From NCBI GenBank assembly GCA_963848135.1, contig CAWKCK010000001.1, positions 186,001-250,000 of the forward strand: a stretch of 64,000 bases of DNA, read 5' to 3'. Of the stretch, positions 30,344 through 40,479 are shown in pieces; position 1 is the stretch's first letter, and each line of letters opens with the position of its first letter. This DNA comes from an uncultured delta proteobacterium. Its GTDB lineage: Bacteria > Desulfobacterota > Desulfobacteria > Desulfobacterales > SG8-13. Below the pieces are notes generated by a model. That model was not told the origin of the DNA. It saw nothing but the letters and a program-made list of their open reading frames with translations, and made no database searches. The translations under genes were made by a program, and so were the position numbers.

Positions 30344-30702
30344 CGATGTCGTACAGATCTGATGGCACTCGAATTGTGAATTCATTACCATAATTTTCTG
30401 TAATCCGTTCTAAAAAACTCAACAGTCACTATGGGTTGTAATATTATAACCTCCTGTAATTATTGCACAGTGAAGAATAACAATATTTGTACAATTTTTG
30501 CATATAATTACAGAAACTTAATATAAATGACTTGGCAGCCCAACCTATCATGTGGATGAGAGCGTGAGAGAGCTTGCCAAAGTCATGAAGACCGAATTGA
30601 TAAAAGGGAATATTCGGTCTCTTTCGGTACCATGGGATTACAATTTCTACAGTCGAGTGTGGGTCTCTATAGATAATTTTAAAGACTTTTTAGTGGTGCT
30701 CA

Positions 30703-31536
30703 ATGCCCATTTTATTAGAAGCGAGTCATACATACATAGTTGTCGCACTACTAGAGAAATTTGGGGTTTTTGAATCAGCATTGATTTTGACTGCTTTATT
30801 ATATTTAATTGGGTTTCCTATCTATTTAGCTTTCAAGAGTATTCTTCCCTCAAAAAGTAAGTTATTTCTTTTGATATATTGCCTCATTTCTTCTGCCATT
30901 GGGTCTTTACCCTTTTGGGCAGGTCCGGGAGTCGGAGTTTCATACAATGTTGTTTTAACCATACCAATGATACTCCTACCGTTTGGAGTGTACGTCCTTT
31001 TTTTATTGTTAGACAAAATCGGAATTATTAAACTTGGTAGGAAATCTTCCTCTCTTTTACGCATGGCTTTATTTTTAGTTGCTTTATTCATCGTACCAAT
31101 CGCAACAGTTATCGACTGGACGTTTTTTGAGGGTCAGTACATCTATACAAAAACCGGCGAATTTTCCGTATTATTGACACTGTTTGGCTTATCTGCCATG
31201 GGCGCATGCATATGTTTATTACTACTAATGCCAATCGTTGGTTTAGTTTCATTTTTGTCAGCAACCATAAAATTGTTAAGTAAAGATAAGGCAAGCAATT
31301 CTGAATCGTATTTTTATGAAAAATCAGAACCCAGTAGGCACAACATGAAGCTACAAGACTGCGATTGCGGTGGCATCCCCCATGTTACGGTGAATACTGA
31401 AGACAAAAAACTATTTACCGTTTCTTGTCCTGTTTGTGGAAGCTCAACACGTGGATACGACCATTTTCACAATGCTCAATTGATTTGGAACACTTGGGGT
31501 TGTAGACAAGGATTATCATCTGGTCAATTTGCTTGA
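30703..31536 (+). CDS. Hypothetical membrane protein with a C-terminal CxC..CxxC zinc-ribbon-like domain
   Basis: Five or six hydrophobic helices, then LQDCDCGG..VSCPVCG..AQLIWN. Confidence 0.65.
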   Translation: MPILLEASHTYIVVALLEKFGVFESALILTALLYLIGFPIYLAFKSILPSKSKLFLLIYCLISSAIGSLPFWAGPGVGVSYNVVLTIPMILLPFGVYVLFLLLDKIGIIKLGRKSSSLLRMALFLVALFIVPIATVIDWTFFEGQYIYTKTGEFSVLLTLFGLSAMGACICLLLLMPIVGLVSFLSATIKLLSKDKASNSESYFYEKSEPSRHNMKLQDCDCGGIPHVTVNTEDKKLFTVSCPVCGSSTRGYDHFHNAQLIWNTWGCRQGLSSGQFA

Positions 31537-31591
31537 TATAGCCGAACCGTATCGATACTGTTGGTGTAATTTCTGCTAGTTTAGCCTTTGG

Positions 31592-33141
31592 CACCCATTA
31601 AAAGGCTTCCGTCAACAAAAAACACCTCGCCATCGCAAAAGGGGTACATTTTTTTGCAGGACTATAATTCAGTACGGCGTTCGTCCTATTTTTTTACCTG
31701 CTCCCGAAATTTCTTTTTGTTTGCTGTGCAGCGTCACTTAATCTGCTAACAGGCACCCATCAGGATCAAGGCCAAAGAGAGAATATCTAAAGCCCCTGGT
31801 CCGTAATCGGACCCCAGAAAAAGATCGGTACCTTGTCAAAGCCAATTGGGTTGTCACAAGAGATAGGGCTCCTTTCGGGCCAGCCATTGCGAGCTTATGA
31901 CAAGGGCAGATCGAAAAAGCGGACACCCGCCTGAATCTATTTTGTAGGGAGTGCAGCGGTGGCCAACCAAGCAATAGGGATTTTAACCACCAATAGCAAA
32001 GGATCACCGCTGCAGTCCCAAACTATTGCGCAAGAAGCTCCTCACGAAAGGGAACCTGATCTCTCATGATATAGTAGCAGATGCGGGCCAGTTTGTTGCC
32101 CAGCGCTTTGGTCGCCAGACTTGTATTGGCCTGAGCAACCTTGCGGTTATAGTATCGTCTAAACTGTTCATTATACCGACGGCCCAATTGAGCGGCTTCA
32201 GTGAGGGCCCAGCTCAGGTAGCGATTGCCGTTTTTACGATTGCCACACCCCTTGCTTTTTCCGTCGGACAACCGCTTGGATGGCACGCACCGACAGTAGG
32301 AAGCAAAATTGCCGACCTTTGGAAAACGATTGATGTCACCCACTTCCAGCATGATAGTCATAGCCAGAATGTTACCGATACCGGGTATTGTCAGCAATTG
32401 CCTGAACCCTTTTTTGAGTTTTACTCTTTCTATTACTGCTTTCTCTATACTTTTGATCTTCTGCTTGAGAAAATTTATTGTATCCAAACTGGTTTGAGCA
32501 GAGAAAATCAGGTACTCTTCTTTTAGCCACCTTTCCAATGCTTCGACGTTCATCTTTCGGATGTCACTGGTGCTTATTTTTACTGCACAGCATCTTTGAA
32601 TGAGCGATTGCAGGCTCAAGATGTTCGCGGTCTTGTGCCGGACTAAAAACATCCGTTTGCGTGCCAGGTCCCGCACCGGGCGATGTTGCTTTGGGTAAAT
32701 GTAGCCTTCGGGCAAAATACCGAGTATGAGAAGTTGGGCCAGAAAAAAGGCGTCATGCTGATCGTCACTGTACTTTAGCCCTTCGTATTGTTTGATTGCC
32801 GACGGGTTGGCCAAGTGTGCAGAGCCATATCCCGCATCCATGAGGCCATCTACGAGCCAGTACCAGTTGTAGGTGGACTCTACAACGAATCCCTTTAATC
32901 GTTTTTTGAAGGGTTCTAACGTGTGAAGAATCTGGTCAAGGTCATTGGCCACACGCTTTTTGAAAACACGATTCAATGCATCGTCCATGATTCCGATGTA
33001 GGTATTTCTTGAATGAAGATCCAGACCGGCATACAGTTCCATAGGGCACCTCCTACGTTATAGGGTTATGGTTGCGGTTAACCCTTTATAACGAATCGCT
33101 GTGTCATTTGCGAACGGGAGGTGCCTTTTAGATGATTATCA
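31592..33141 (-). mobile_element. IS110-family (IS1111-type) element, copy 1
   Basis: Near-identical to 60347-61896; sub-terminal inverted repeat TAAAAGGC/GCCTTTTA; about 430-nt 3' non-coding region. Confidence 0.9.
32023..33042 (-). CDS. IS110 family DEDD transposase/recombinase
   Basis: AGLDLH, VVEST, SDDQHDA, TIPGIG, SDGK, KNGNRYL. Confidence 0.95.
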   Translation of the reverse strand: MELYAGLDLHSRNTYIGIMDDALNRVFKKRVANDLDQILHTLEPFKKRLKGFVVESTYNWYWLVDGLMDAGYGSAHLANPSAIKQYEGLKYSDDQHDAFFLAQLLILGILPEGYIYPKQHRPVRDLARKRMFLVRHKTANILSLQSLIQRCCAVKISTSDIRKMNVEALERWLKEEYLIFSAQTSLDTINFLKQKIKSIEKAVIERVKLKKGFRQLLTIPGIGNILAMTIMLEVGDINRFPKVGNFASYCRCVPSKRLSDGKSKGCGNRKNGNRYLSWALTEAAQLGRRYNEQFRRYYNRKVAQANTSLATKALGNKLARICYYIMRDQVPFREELLAQ

Positions 33142-33373
33142 AGAAAGGTGAATATTTTGGAGTGCTAAAATTTTTGTGATTTATCTGTACATATCTGAAC
33201 ATTTGCGATTATGCAGATACTAACAAAAATAAATGTGCTGAGTGCCACTCTGTGGCAATTGACAAACCAAACTGTGGTGATAGGTAGAATTTATAATAAT
33301 CTCATGAAAATGATCTGAACAGGCAAACCCATCAAAGGGGGAGGATGGGGTATGAAATCTGTTACCTATTCAG

Positions 33374-33413
33374 AAGGCTGAGCCGCCCAGTGGGGGTAGT
33401 TCAGCCTTTTTTA
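33374..33413 (+). terminator. Intrinsic terminator in the 5' leader of the 33432 gene
   Basis: AAGGCTGAGCCGCCC-AGTG-GGGGTAGTTCAGCCTT-TTTT lies immediately before the RBS AGGAGG. Confidence 0.6.
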
Positions 33414-33431
33414 TTGAGAGAGGAGGTTGAG

Positions 33432-34595
33432 ATGAAAAGAAATTGCTATGCACAATTCAAAAAATATCTATCCTATTTATTTGTTATTACCTTCATAGTT
33501 CCATGCTCTCTTGTTATTGGGGAAACAAAAAGCAGCCCTTGGTTGGTGCTATTATTGGACGACAAAATTCAACAGGGAGAGACAAAAGCGGTTAGCGAGG
33601 AAGGCGGGGTCTTAACATTTAAAAATGGTTTAATTTTGAATATCCCGGCAGGAGCTGTAACGAAGCCCACAAACATTACCGTAAAAGATGTAAAATGCCA
33701 GATTGTCGACCCTATCCTTTCGGCATACCCATTTACTTCACATGGAAAAAGATGTATCGGAGGATTCAGGGCTGAACCGGATGGGTTTGTTTTTAATAAA
33801 CCGATTAAAGCCACTGTGCCTGTTTTACCACTTGATCCAGGTGAATCTCCTGTTCAGTTTGAAACAAATCTTGATGCGCAAAATTACTCAATCACTGAAA
33901 CAGATCTCGTTTACCAGGGAACAACGAATACAATAGAGCTAACTATTCAACATTTTAGTGGTCATTGGTGGGCTGCTATGGGGAATCATATTGATGAAGT
34001 ATGCCTTAATTGCTCTACATGGGATGACCCATATTTTAAACCAGCTTGTGAAAGTCTTGATCCACTCCAACCAAGCTGCTGTCTGCTTAAACCGGCTGAA
34101 AGAGCACGATGTGCTCCAAGTTGTCTGTGCTGCAGGGAATTAATAGCCAAAATTAAATCTGCTGGAATCGACTCTTCCTATGGTAACTGTCAAATCGTCG
34201 GAGCGGAGGTTGAGGTGACTTATCCCGAATGTGCTGGTTTCATTGAATCTTTTAACATATCCGAGGCATCAAAAGAATGTCCAAAGGATCTGTGCGCTGA
34301 TATTTCGGGTTCCTGGAGCGGTTCGTGGTCCGAAACTTCCTGTGATGATGAATCTTACTCTGGTAGTTGGACCGCCGATGTCACTGTTGATTGCATCTTA
34401 AAAGGCAGTGGTACTAAGGCTCATAAAAGAGGAACAATTAACCCTTTTACTATGGTTCTCAAGAGTGGAGGAATCAGTGAGGATGGCTGTGGATTTTTTT
34501 CTTTAACCGGAGCTTTTAGCAACAATGACTCCCTGTCTGGAAGCTACAGCTATAGTGAAGGAGGTGGTGGCTCATTCTCAGGGCATAAACAATAG
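33432..34595 (+). CDS. Secreted Cys-rich hypothetical protein with a ZU5-like domain
   Basis: Signal peptide; GG.L...G..L.IPAGAV..P.G..F.KP..I.HFS pattern; many Cys in the C-terminal half. Confidence 0.7.
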   Translation: MKRNCYAQFKKYLSYLFVITFIVPCSLVIGETKSSPWLVLLLDDKIQQGETKAVSEEGGVLTFKNGLILNIPAGAVTKPTNITVKDVKCQIVDPILSAYPFTSHGKRCIGGFRAEPDGFVFNKPIKATVPVLPLDPGESPVQFETNLDAQNYSITETDLVYQGTTNTIELTIQHFSGHWWAAMGNHIDEVCLNCSTWDDPYFKPACESLDPLQPSCCLLKPAERARCAPSCLCCRELIAKIKSAGIDSSYGNCQIVGAEVEVTYPECAGFIESFNISEASKECPKDLCADISGSWSGSWSETSCDDESYSGSWTADVTVDCILKGSGTKAHKRGTINPFTMVLKSGGISEDGCGFFSLTGAFSNNDSLSGSYSYSEGGGGSFSGHKQ

Positions 34596-34952
34596 GAAAA
34601 TTTGCATTTCAGCACTCGCCGGCACAGCCTGAAATTGGGATAAATTTGACCTGGTGATCATCCTGGGACACAGGCTGACTGGTATGAAAAAGTTGTTGAT
34701 GCTATTGCTGCCGGGCAACATCTATATAGACACTTGACAGCAGGAACTTGGGAAGTAGATATCAGCGCAACTGCTTTGGCTATCCTTACTTTAGAATTAA
34801 AATGGAACCCCCAGTAAAAGAGCAAAGTTTCAGAAAATGATGCTTCTCAAACGTTGTATTATCCTCCGACGTACATGCAATATATTCACCCCTTCAAAAG
34901 TGCACATACTGTAAGAAAAACATAAGGTCCGACCGACTCACGCCTGCTGCTA

Positions 34953-36810
34953 GTGTGCCACGAGCGCACTTTAAATATAAATAGAGTGTGTGTAACTGTA
35001 CAAAAGATGAGGGTAGGCCCCTCGGAACCGGCTTGCAGGAGCAGGTTTCAAACCACCTTAAGCTGCGCTGGTAAAGAGCCAGGGTGGTGAGCGTTAAGGA
35101 AAAGGTCTCGCTTGACGGGATCAGGTATGAATCAAGGAGATGAGCGAGAGCGAACCATTGCTGAGGTGTCGAAAAGGCAGAGATGACGTCAAAACTGGGG
35201 TACTAGCGAGAATCCCAGGATAAGCCCAGAGGCCACCTGCTTACTGTCTGGGCGGCGTCCGGCATAAAGATGGCATGACCTTGATTCAGGCTTTTGTATG
35301 GAACGTGGGAACCTGTCGTCTCGATGTTAAGGGAGAAACGCAAGTGGCGGACCCACAAGCGTGAGAGTACCGATGCGGGACACGGGGGCGGAACAACCCG
35401 AAGTAGTGATGAAGTCTGTGTAATGCAGATGGAGCGAAGGGGTTGTGCTGTCCGGTTTTAGTGACAAGGTCAACCAGAGATGGGAGGAACCGGTGACTAA
35501 AACAAAGCCGTATAGTATTTCCAAGCATGCCGTTTGGGAGGCGTTTTGTCGGGTAAAAGCAAACCGCGGTGCGGCGGGCGTCGATGGGCAGTCGATTGAA
35601 GACTTTGAGGTCGATCTCAAAGACAATCTTTATAAAGTCTGGAATCGCATGTCCTCGGGAAGCTATTTCCCACCGCCAGTTCGTACGGTAGATATTCCCA
35701 AGCGTGATGGGCGGTCCAGAAGGTTGGGTATACCAGCTGTCTCGGACCGTGTGGCGCAAATGGTGGTCAAGATGTATCTGGAGCCACAAGTGGCACCGAT
35801 ATTTCATGCGGACTCTTATGGTTATATAACCGGCAAATCGGCACTTGATGCGGTGGCCGTGGTTCGCAAGCGGTGCTGGAGGTATGGCTGGGTGTTGGAT
35901 TTAGACATCCAAGGGTTTTTCGATGAAATTGACCACAATCTGATGTTACATGCAGTGAGGAAACATACGAATAGCAGGTGGATATTGCTCTACATAGAGA
36001 GGTGGCTAAAAGCTCCAGCACAGCTGGCAGATGGCAGCCTAATCGAAAGAGAAAAGGGCACACCCCAAGGGGGTGTAATTAGCCCCTTGCTGGCCAATAT
36101 TTTTCTTCACCATGTGTTTGATGAATGGATGAGAGTAAGCCATCCGATTGCTGTATTTGCGAGGTATGCGGATGACATCATTGTGCATTGCCGTACGGAA
36201 TTTCAAGCAAAATTTATGTTGAGAGCCATTGAACTGCGGCTGGCGCGGTGTAAGTTAAAATTGAGTCCGCAGAAGACGAAGATTGTCTATTGTAAGAACG
36301 CCACACGCCCGGGAAGTTACATGCACGAGAGTTTTGATTTTCTCGGCTATGAATTTCGTGCTCGTTTGTGTAAGGGGCGGAATTGCTTTGTGGGTTTTAC
36401 ACCAGCGGTCAGCAAATCAGCCGTCAAAGAGATGGGTGCAAAAATAAGAGGGTGGAAATTGCAATTGTGGAGTTCCGCTTCTTTGGAGGATATTGCCAAA
36501 CGAATCAACCCCGTGGTTAGAGGTTGGTTGAATTACTATGGCAAATTTCGCAAAACAGCACTTTATCCCATCTTACGTCAGATTCAAAATGCATTGGTAC
36601 GTTGGGCCATGCGGAAATACAAAAGACTGCGAGGTCATTGGCGAAGGGCGGCCCATTGGTTGGGACGTATAGCCCGTCGGGAACCCAGACTGCTCGCATC
36701 CTGGGGATTTGGCTTCCGGCCTTCGGCTGGACAGTAGGAGCCGTATGACGGGAGACTGTCACGTACGGTTCTTGGAGGGCGTAGGGGTGAGACTCCTCCG
36801 CGCTACTTGC
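34953..36810 (+). mobile_element. Group II intron, bacterial class D-like (RmInt1-like)
   Basis: 5' GTGTG; domain V GAGCCGTATGACGGGAGACTGTCACGTACGGTTC at 36738-36771; domain VI with CTACT; EBS1 TAGCG (35204-35208) pairs with exon end TGCTA. The 3' boundary is uncertain by 1-2 nt. Confidence 0.9.
35493..36737 (+). CDS. ltrA: Group II intron reverse transcriptase/maturase without an endonuclease domain
   Basis: GAAGVDG, RRLGIPAVSDR, GTPQGGVISPLLAN, RYADD, FDFLGY, RGWLNYY; GTG start after GGGAGG. Confidence 0.95.
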   Translation: MTKTKPYSISKHAVWEAFCRVKANRGAAGVDGQSIEDFEVDLKDNLYKVWNRMSSGSYFPPPVRTVDIPKRDGRSRRLGIPAVSDRVAQMVVKMYLEPQVAPIFHADSYGYITGKSALDAVAVVRKRCWRYGWVLDLDIQGFFDEIDHNLMLHAVRKHTNSRWILLYIERWLKAPAQLADGSLIEREKGTPQGGVISPLLANIFLHHVFDEWMRVSHPIAVFARYADDIIVHCRTEFQAKFMLRAIELRLARCKLKLSPQKTKIVYCKNATRPGSYMHESFDFLGYEFRARLCKGRNCFVGFTPAVSKSAVKEMGAKIRGWKLQLWSSASLEDIAKRINPVVRGWLNYYGKFRKTALYPILRQIQNALVRWAMRKYKRLRGHWRRAAHWLGRIARREPRLLASWGFGFRPSAGQ

Positions 36811-37613
36811 CTTAAGCGAAACTTTTAAAGTCACGAAGAAATTGAAGGCCCACCACAACATCCTGTGGTTGGCCTTTCTCGCATAAAAGTTGTGATAAGA
36901 TCAGTCTATTTGAATCGGGAATCTCTGGCCTGACGCCGATAATATCTCCAACATGTCACTACGTAGAAAGAATTTTTCATTGAAGTAAAACCGGAAGAAA
37001 GAGGCACTGTGATATCATTGTTAAGCGGGGTCCTTTGATCCTGTGATATGTTGAAATCGGTTGAACATGGCTGAAAGCGACTATGGTTGGTATTCTGCTC
37101 TCTGTTAGTGAAATAATTCCATTTCTAATTTTCATAATCGTATCCATTGGATATTTCAGGTGGCATAGTTATCCTGATATGATTGCTAATTCGAATTTTT
37201 CATTTTTCACGATTATTCAATCTAATATTATTGACTCGTTACCGTCAAGTCGGTTTGATTGCCATGATTGTATCTATCCAATCAATGAGAAATCGATATG
37301 GTTAAATTTAATAGGCATACCTGATAATAGGGTGCATAATTTTATAGAGATGGCGCACCACGCTCCTATTGCATCGAAAAAATTCCCTTTATATTGATAC
37401 TGAAACACAGATATATCGATCATATCATAACTATAATCGAAAAAGGCCAACTACCATATGTTGTAGTCGGCCTTCAATCTTTCAGGGTCTTTAAAAGTCG
37501 CGATTAATAGACATAATGTTTGAAAGAGTATGGTCTGCCCCTTGCGACGTGGGTTAAGCTGTGGGACCTAATAAGATCAAAACGGCTCAGAGCCATAACC
37601 AAGGAGGCAGACC

Positions 37614-38063
37614 ATGAAAAAGAAAATATTATACGTTGGTTTGGATGTCCACAAAAATACGATCGACGTTGCGGTGGCAACCAGTCGTTCCAACGGCACA
37701 GTTCGATCTCATGGCAAAATTGACAGCACTCTTGACGCCCTAAACAAGCTAATCAAAAAGATGAAAGGTAGAGATATCGAGCTTCGATTCGTATACGAAG
37801 CCGGGCCCTGTGGATACCAGATTTACCGGCACCTTGTTTCCAAAAACATAAGCTGCGCTGTAGTCGCTCCCTCCATGATCCCGAGGCGAAGTGGTGACCG
37901 GATCAAAACCGACCGTCGTGATACCATCAACCTGGTCAGGTTGTTTCGCGCTGGAGAGTTGACCAGCATTTATGTGCCGACCATTGAAGATGAAGCCATC
38001 AGAGACCTCATCCGCTGCAGGGATGACATCAGACGCTTCGAACGAAAGACACGCCAACGATAG
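37614..38063 (+). pseudogene. Truncated IS110 family transposase (N-terminal DEDD domain only)
   Basis: VGLDVHK, VYEAGPCG, IKTDRRD; the frame stops at 38061, where a repeat shared with 34916-34952 begins. Confidence 0.85.
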
Positions 38064-38404
38064 CAGCAAGCGTGAGTCGGTCAGACATTGTGTTTTTTTG
38101 GAGAGTATCAGATATCATTCTTTTCCTATAAGTTGTAAATATTTAGATTACATCTGGCAGAATAAGATCCGAGTTGTGACTATTTACGACGGTTTGTGGT
38201 TATATCAGTTCAAATTGAAATGCTAACCAATCTGCAGATTATGATATGGTATCAAAACTTCAGGCATCTCTGGGCCGACCACAATATACAGGGGTGCAGG
38301 AGATTAGCCATACGATTCGTATACTGGCAAGCTGTCCTGAGTATTGACCTTCCCAATAATATCGATATAGTCTCAATCTATCAGCAGTTAATGGAGAAGC
38401 AATA

Positions 38405-40048
38405 ATGCACCCCTATAAATTTTCAACCATCGCGATCTTGACATTAATTTCTTGTTTTCTGGTCATTCCGGCGATTGCATCTGCAGGTCAGAGGCCAAAC
38501 ATCCTTCTCGTTATGGCGGATGACATGGGCTGGACCGATCTCGGCAGTTTTGGTAGCGAAATTGATACCCCCAACCTCGACACACTGGCCAGGAAAGGTG
38601 TCAAATTTACCGATTTCCACACCTCCATGAGCTGTTCTCCTACCCGCTCAATGCTCATGTCGGGCACGGATAATCATCTCGCGGGTCTCGGAAACATGGG
38701 TGAGTTGCTTACACCCGAACAAAAGGGACAGCCAGGGTATGAAGGACATCTGAACAGCCGGGTCATCTCTCTTGCCGAGGCATTGAAAGCCAATGGATAC
38801 CACACCTATATGGCCGGAAAGTGGCATCTTGGCCATAGCCCCAACACCATCCCCCATGCACGGGGTTTTGAGCGATCATTCAGCTCGCTGTTCGGGGGGG
38901 CCAGCTACTGGTCAGATATGTTCGGTATGCTCGCAGAAGTGGAAGAAACTGCTGAGTACGTCGAAAACGGCAAATGGTTAGATTCGCTGCCGAAAGATTT
39001 TTATGCGACTCGCAGTTTTACCGATTACCTGATTAACTCCATTAGGGAGAATAGTGACGACGGCAAACCCTTTTTGGCCTATCTGGCCTTTACAGCCCCA
39101 CACGATCCCTTGCATGTCCCGGAACCATGGTTGACCATGTATCGGGGCCGTTACAACGACGGTTATGAAGCGCTCAAGACCAAGCGAATTAGTGCTGCTA
39201 AAAAGATGGGTGTCATTCCTGTGGAGACTCCGGAGCCGGTCCGTTACCACAAGATCAAGCCCTGGGCTTCCTTAAGCAAAGAGGATCGGCAGCGCGAAAC
39301 AAAAGCCATGGAAGTCTATGCCGGAATGGTCTCCAATATGGATTACCATTTCGGGCGGGTAATACAGTTCTTAAAAGATATCGGTAAATATGAAAACACG
39401 ATAGTACTCTTTCTCTCGGATAACGGCCCCAACCCCTGGTATAGTGAGGATTACCCCGGCAATGCAGGTAGTGAGTGGTTTTCACAGTTTGACAACAGCA
39501 CTGAAAATATCGGTCGCCCCATGTCCCATTACGCTTATGGCATGGGCTGGTCATCTGCAAGCGCCGGTCCGCTTGATCTTTTCAAAATGACAGTTGGGGA
39601 AGGCGGCATCCGCTCCCCGTTGCTCGTTTCAGGTCCTGGAATAAAGAGTGGCGTGCAAAACGACTCTTTTGCCTATGTGTGGGATATTATGCCCACAATT
39701 CTGGACTTTACCGGCATCAGACATCCCGATCAATTCAATAACCGGAAGATCGAACGCCTACGCGGAAAATCCCTCAAGGCGATCCTCACTGGCAAAGAAG
39801 ATAAGGTTTATGGGGAGGATGCCTTCATTGGCGGCGAGATGCTGAACGGCAAATGGATGAGGCAGGGAGATTACAAGGCAGTAGCCGTTGCAGCTCCCTA
39901 CGGCTCCGGTAAATGGCATCTTTATAACGTAAAGAAAAATCCGGGCGAGACGCACAATCTTACAGATGAACATCCCGAACTCCTGAAAAAATTGCAGACC
40001 GAGTGGGAGCGGTATGCCGATGAGGTTGGGGTTATACTCACCGAGTAG
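38405..40048 (+). CDS. Arylsulfatase (Cys-type, formylglycine-dependent)
   Basis: RPNILLVMADDMG, CSPTR, GKWHLG, APHDP, SDNG, EGGIRSP; signal peptide. Confidence 0.95.
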   Translation: MHPYKFSTIAILTLISCFLVIPAIASAGQRPNILLVMADDMGWTDLGSFGSEIDTPNLDTLARKGVKFTDFHTSMSCSPTRSMLMSGTDNHLAGLGNMGELLTPEQKGQPGYEGHLNSRVISLAEALKANGYHTYMAGKWHLGHSPNTIPHARGFERSFSSLFGGASYWSDMFGMLAEVEETAEYVENGKWLDSLPKDFYATRSFTDYLINSIRENSDDGKPFLAYLAFTAPHDPLHVPEPWLTMYRGRYNDGYEALKTKRISAAKKMGVIPVETPEPVRYHKIKPWASLSKEDRQRETKAMEVYAGMVSNMDYHFGRVIQFLKDIGKYENTIVLFLSDNGPNPWYSEDYPGNAGSEWFSQFDNSTENIGRPMSHYAYGMGWSSASAGPLDLFKMTVGEGGIRSPLLVSGPGIKSGVQNDSFAYVWDIMPTILDFTGIRHPDQFNNRKIERLRGKSLKAILTGKEDKVYGEDAFIGGEMLNGKWMRQGDYKAVAVAAPYGSGKWHLYNVKKNPGETHNLTDEHPELLKKLQTEWERYADEVGVILTE

Positions 40049-40479
40049 TGGGTCATAATGGATGCTGGAGCATGACGTCGCCATTTAGCAATGTATCTTG
40101 CCTGGATATACAGTATGACTGGTGGGCGTCTCTGTGTGATCACTCTTCGGCATTTTCCAGCCCCTTAAGCCGGGTATTAAAACCGTTGATGTCTCCAACA
40201 TATCGCTACGCTAACAAAATATTTATCGTTGAAAAGCACAATGAAAGGTATATTGTGATACTATCATTTCAGCGGGTTACTTTGAATTTGTGTTATGCTG
40301 AATTCTGTTGAAAGTACCTAAATCATTTTGTCGCAATAGGAGCGGATTGCGACGTAATTTAAATAATTCTTAAGAGTAATTGATCGACCATAGGTGTTAG
40401 ATCAACCATAAAAAGCATGAAATTTGACCTCTTCGTATTGCGACATTTACCTTATACCCGATTCTGATTACCCAACATT

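Larger units (their letters stand above)
27401..30355 (+). mobile_element. 2955-bp four-ORF transposable element with TGT...ACA ends (IS481-like plus a second DDE module)
   Basis: Both ends read TGT-N15-ATGGCACA...GGGTGACACT in inverted orientation; the interior is GC-rich against AT-rich flanks. No target duplication seen. Confidence 0.85.

Noticed and set aside
31738..32007. 89-aa ORF downstream of the IS110 transposase (also 61481-61750)
   Set aside because: No RBS or recognisable motif; it overlaps the expected non-coding RNA region.
34650..34817. Short frame DWYEKVVDAI..GTW..ATALAILTL
   Set aside because: Probably a C-terminal gene remnant with no start; too short to assign.
35493..36737. 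Reverse transcriptase as a DGR, retron or CRISPR-associated RT
   Set aside because: Full group II intron RNA (GTGTG start, domains V and VI) and a maturase domain are present; no TR/VR pair, msr-msd or cas genes.
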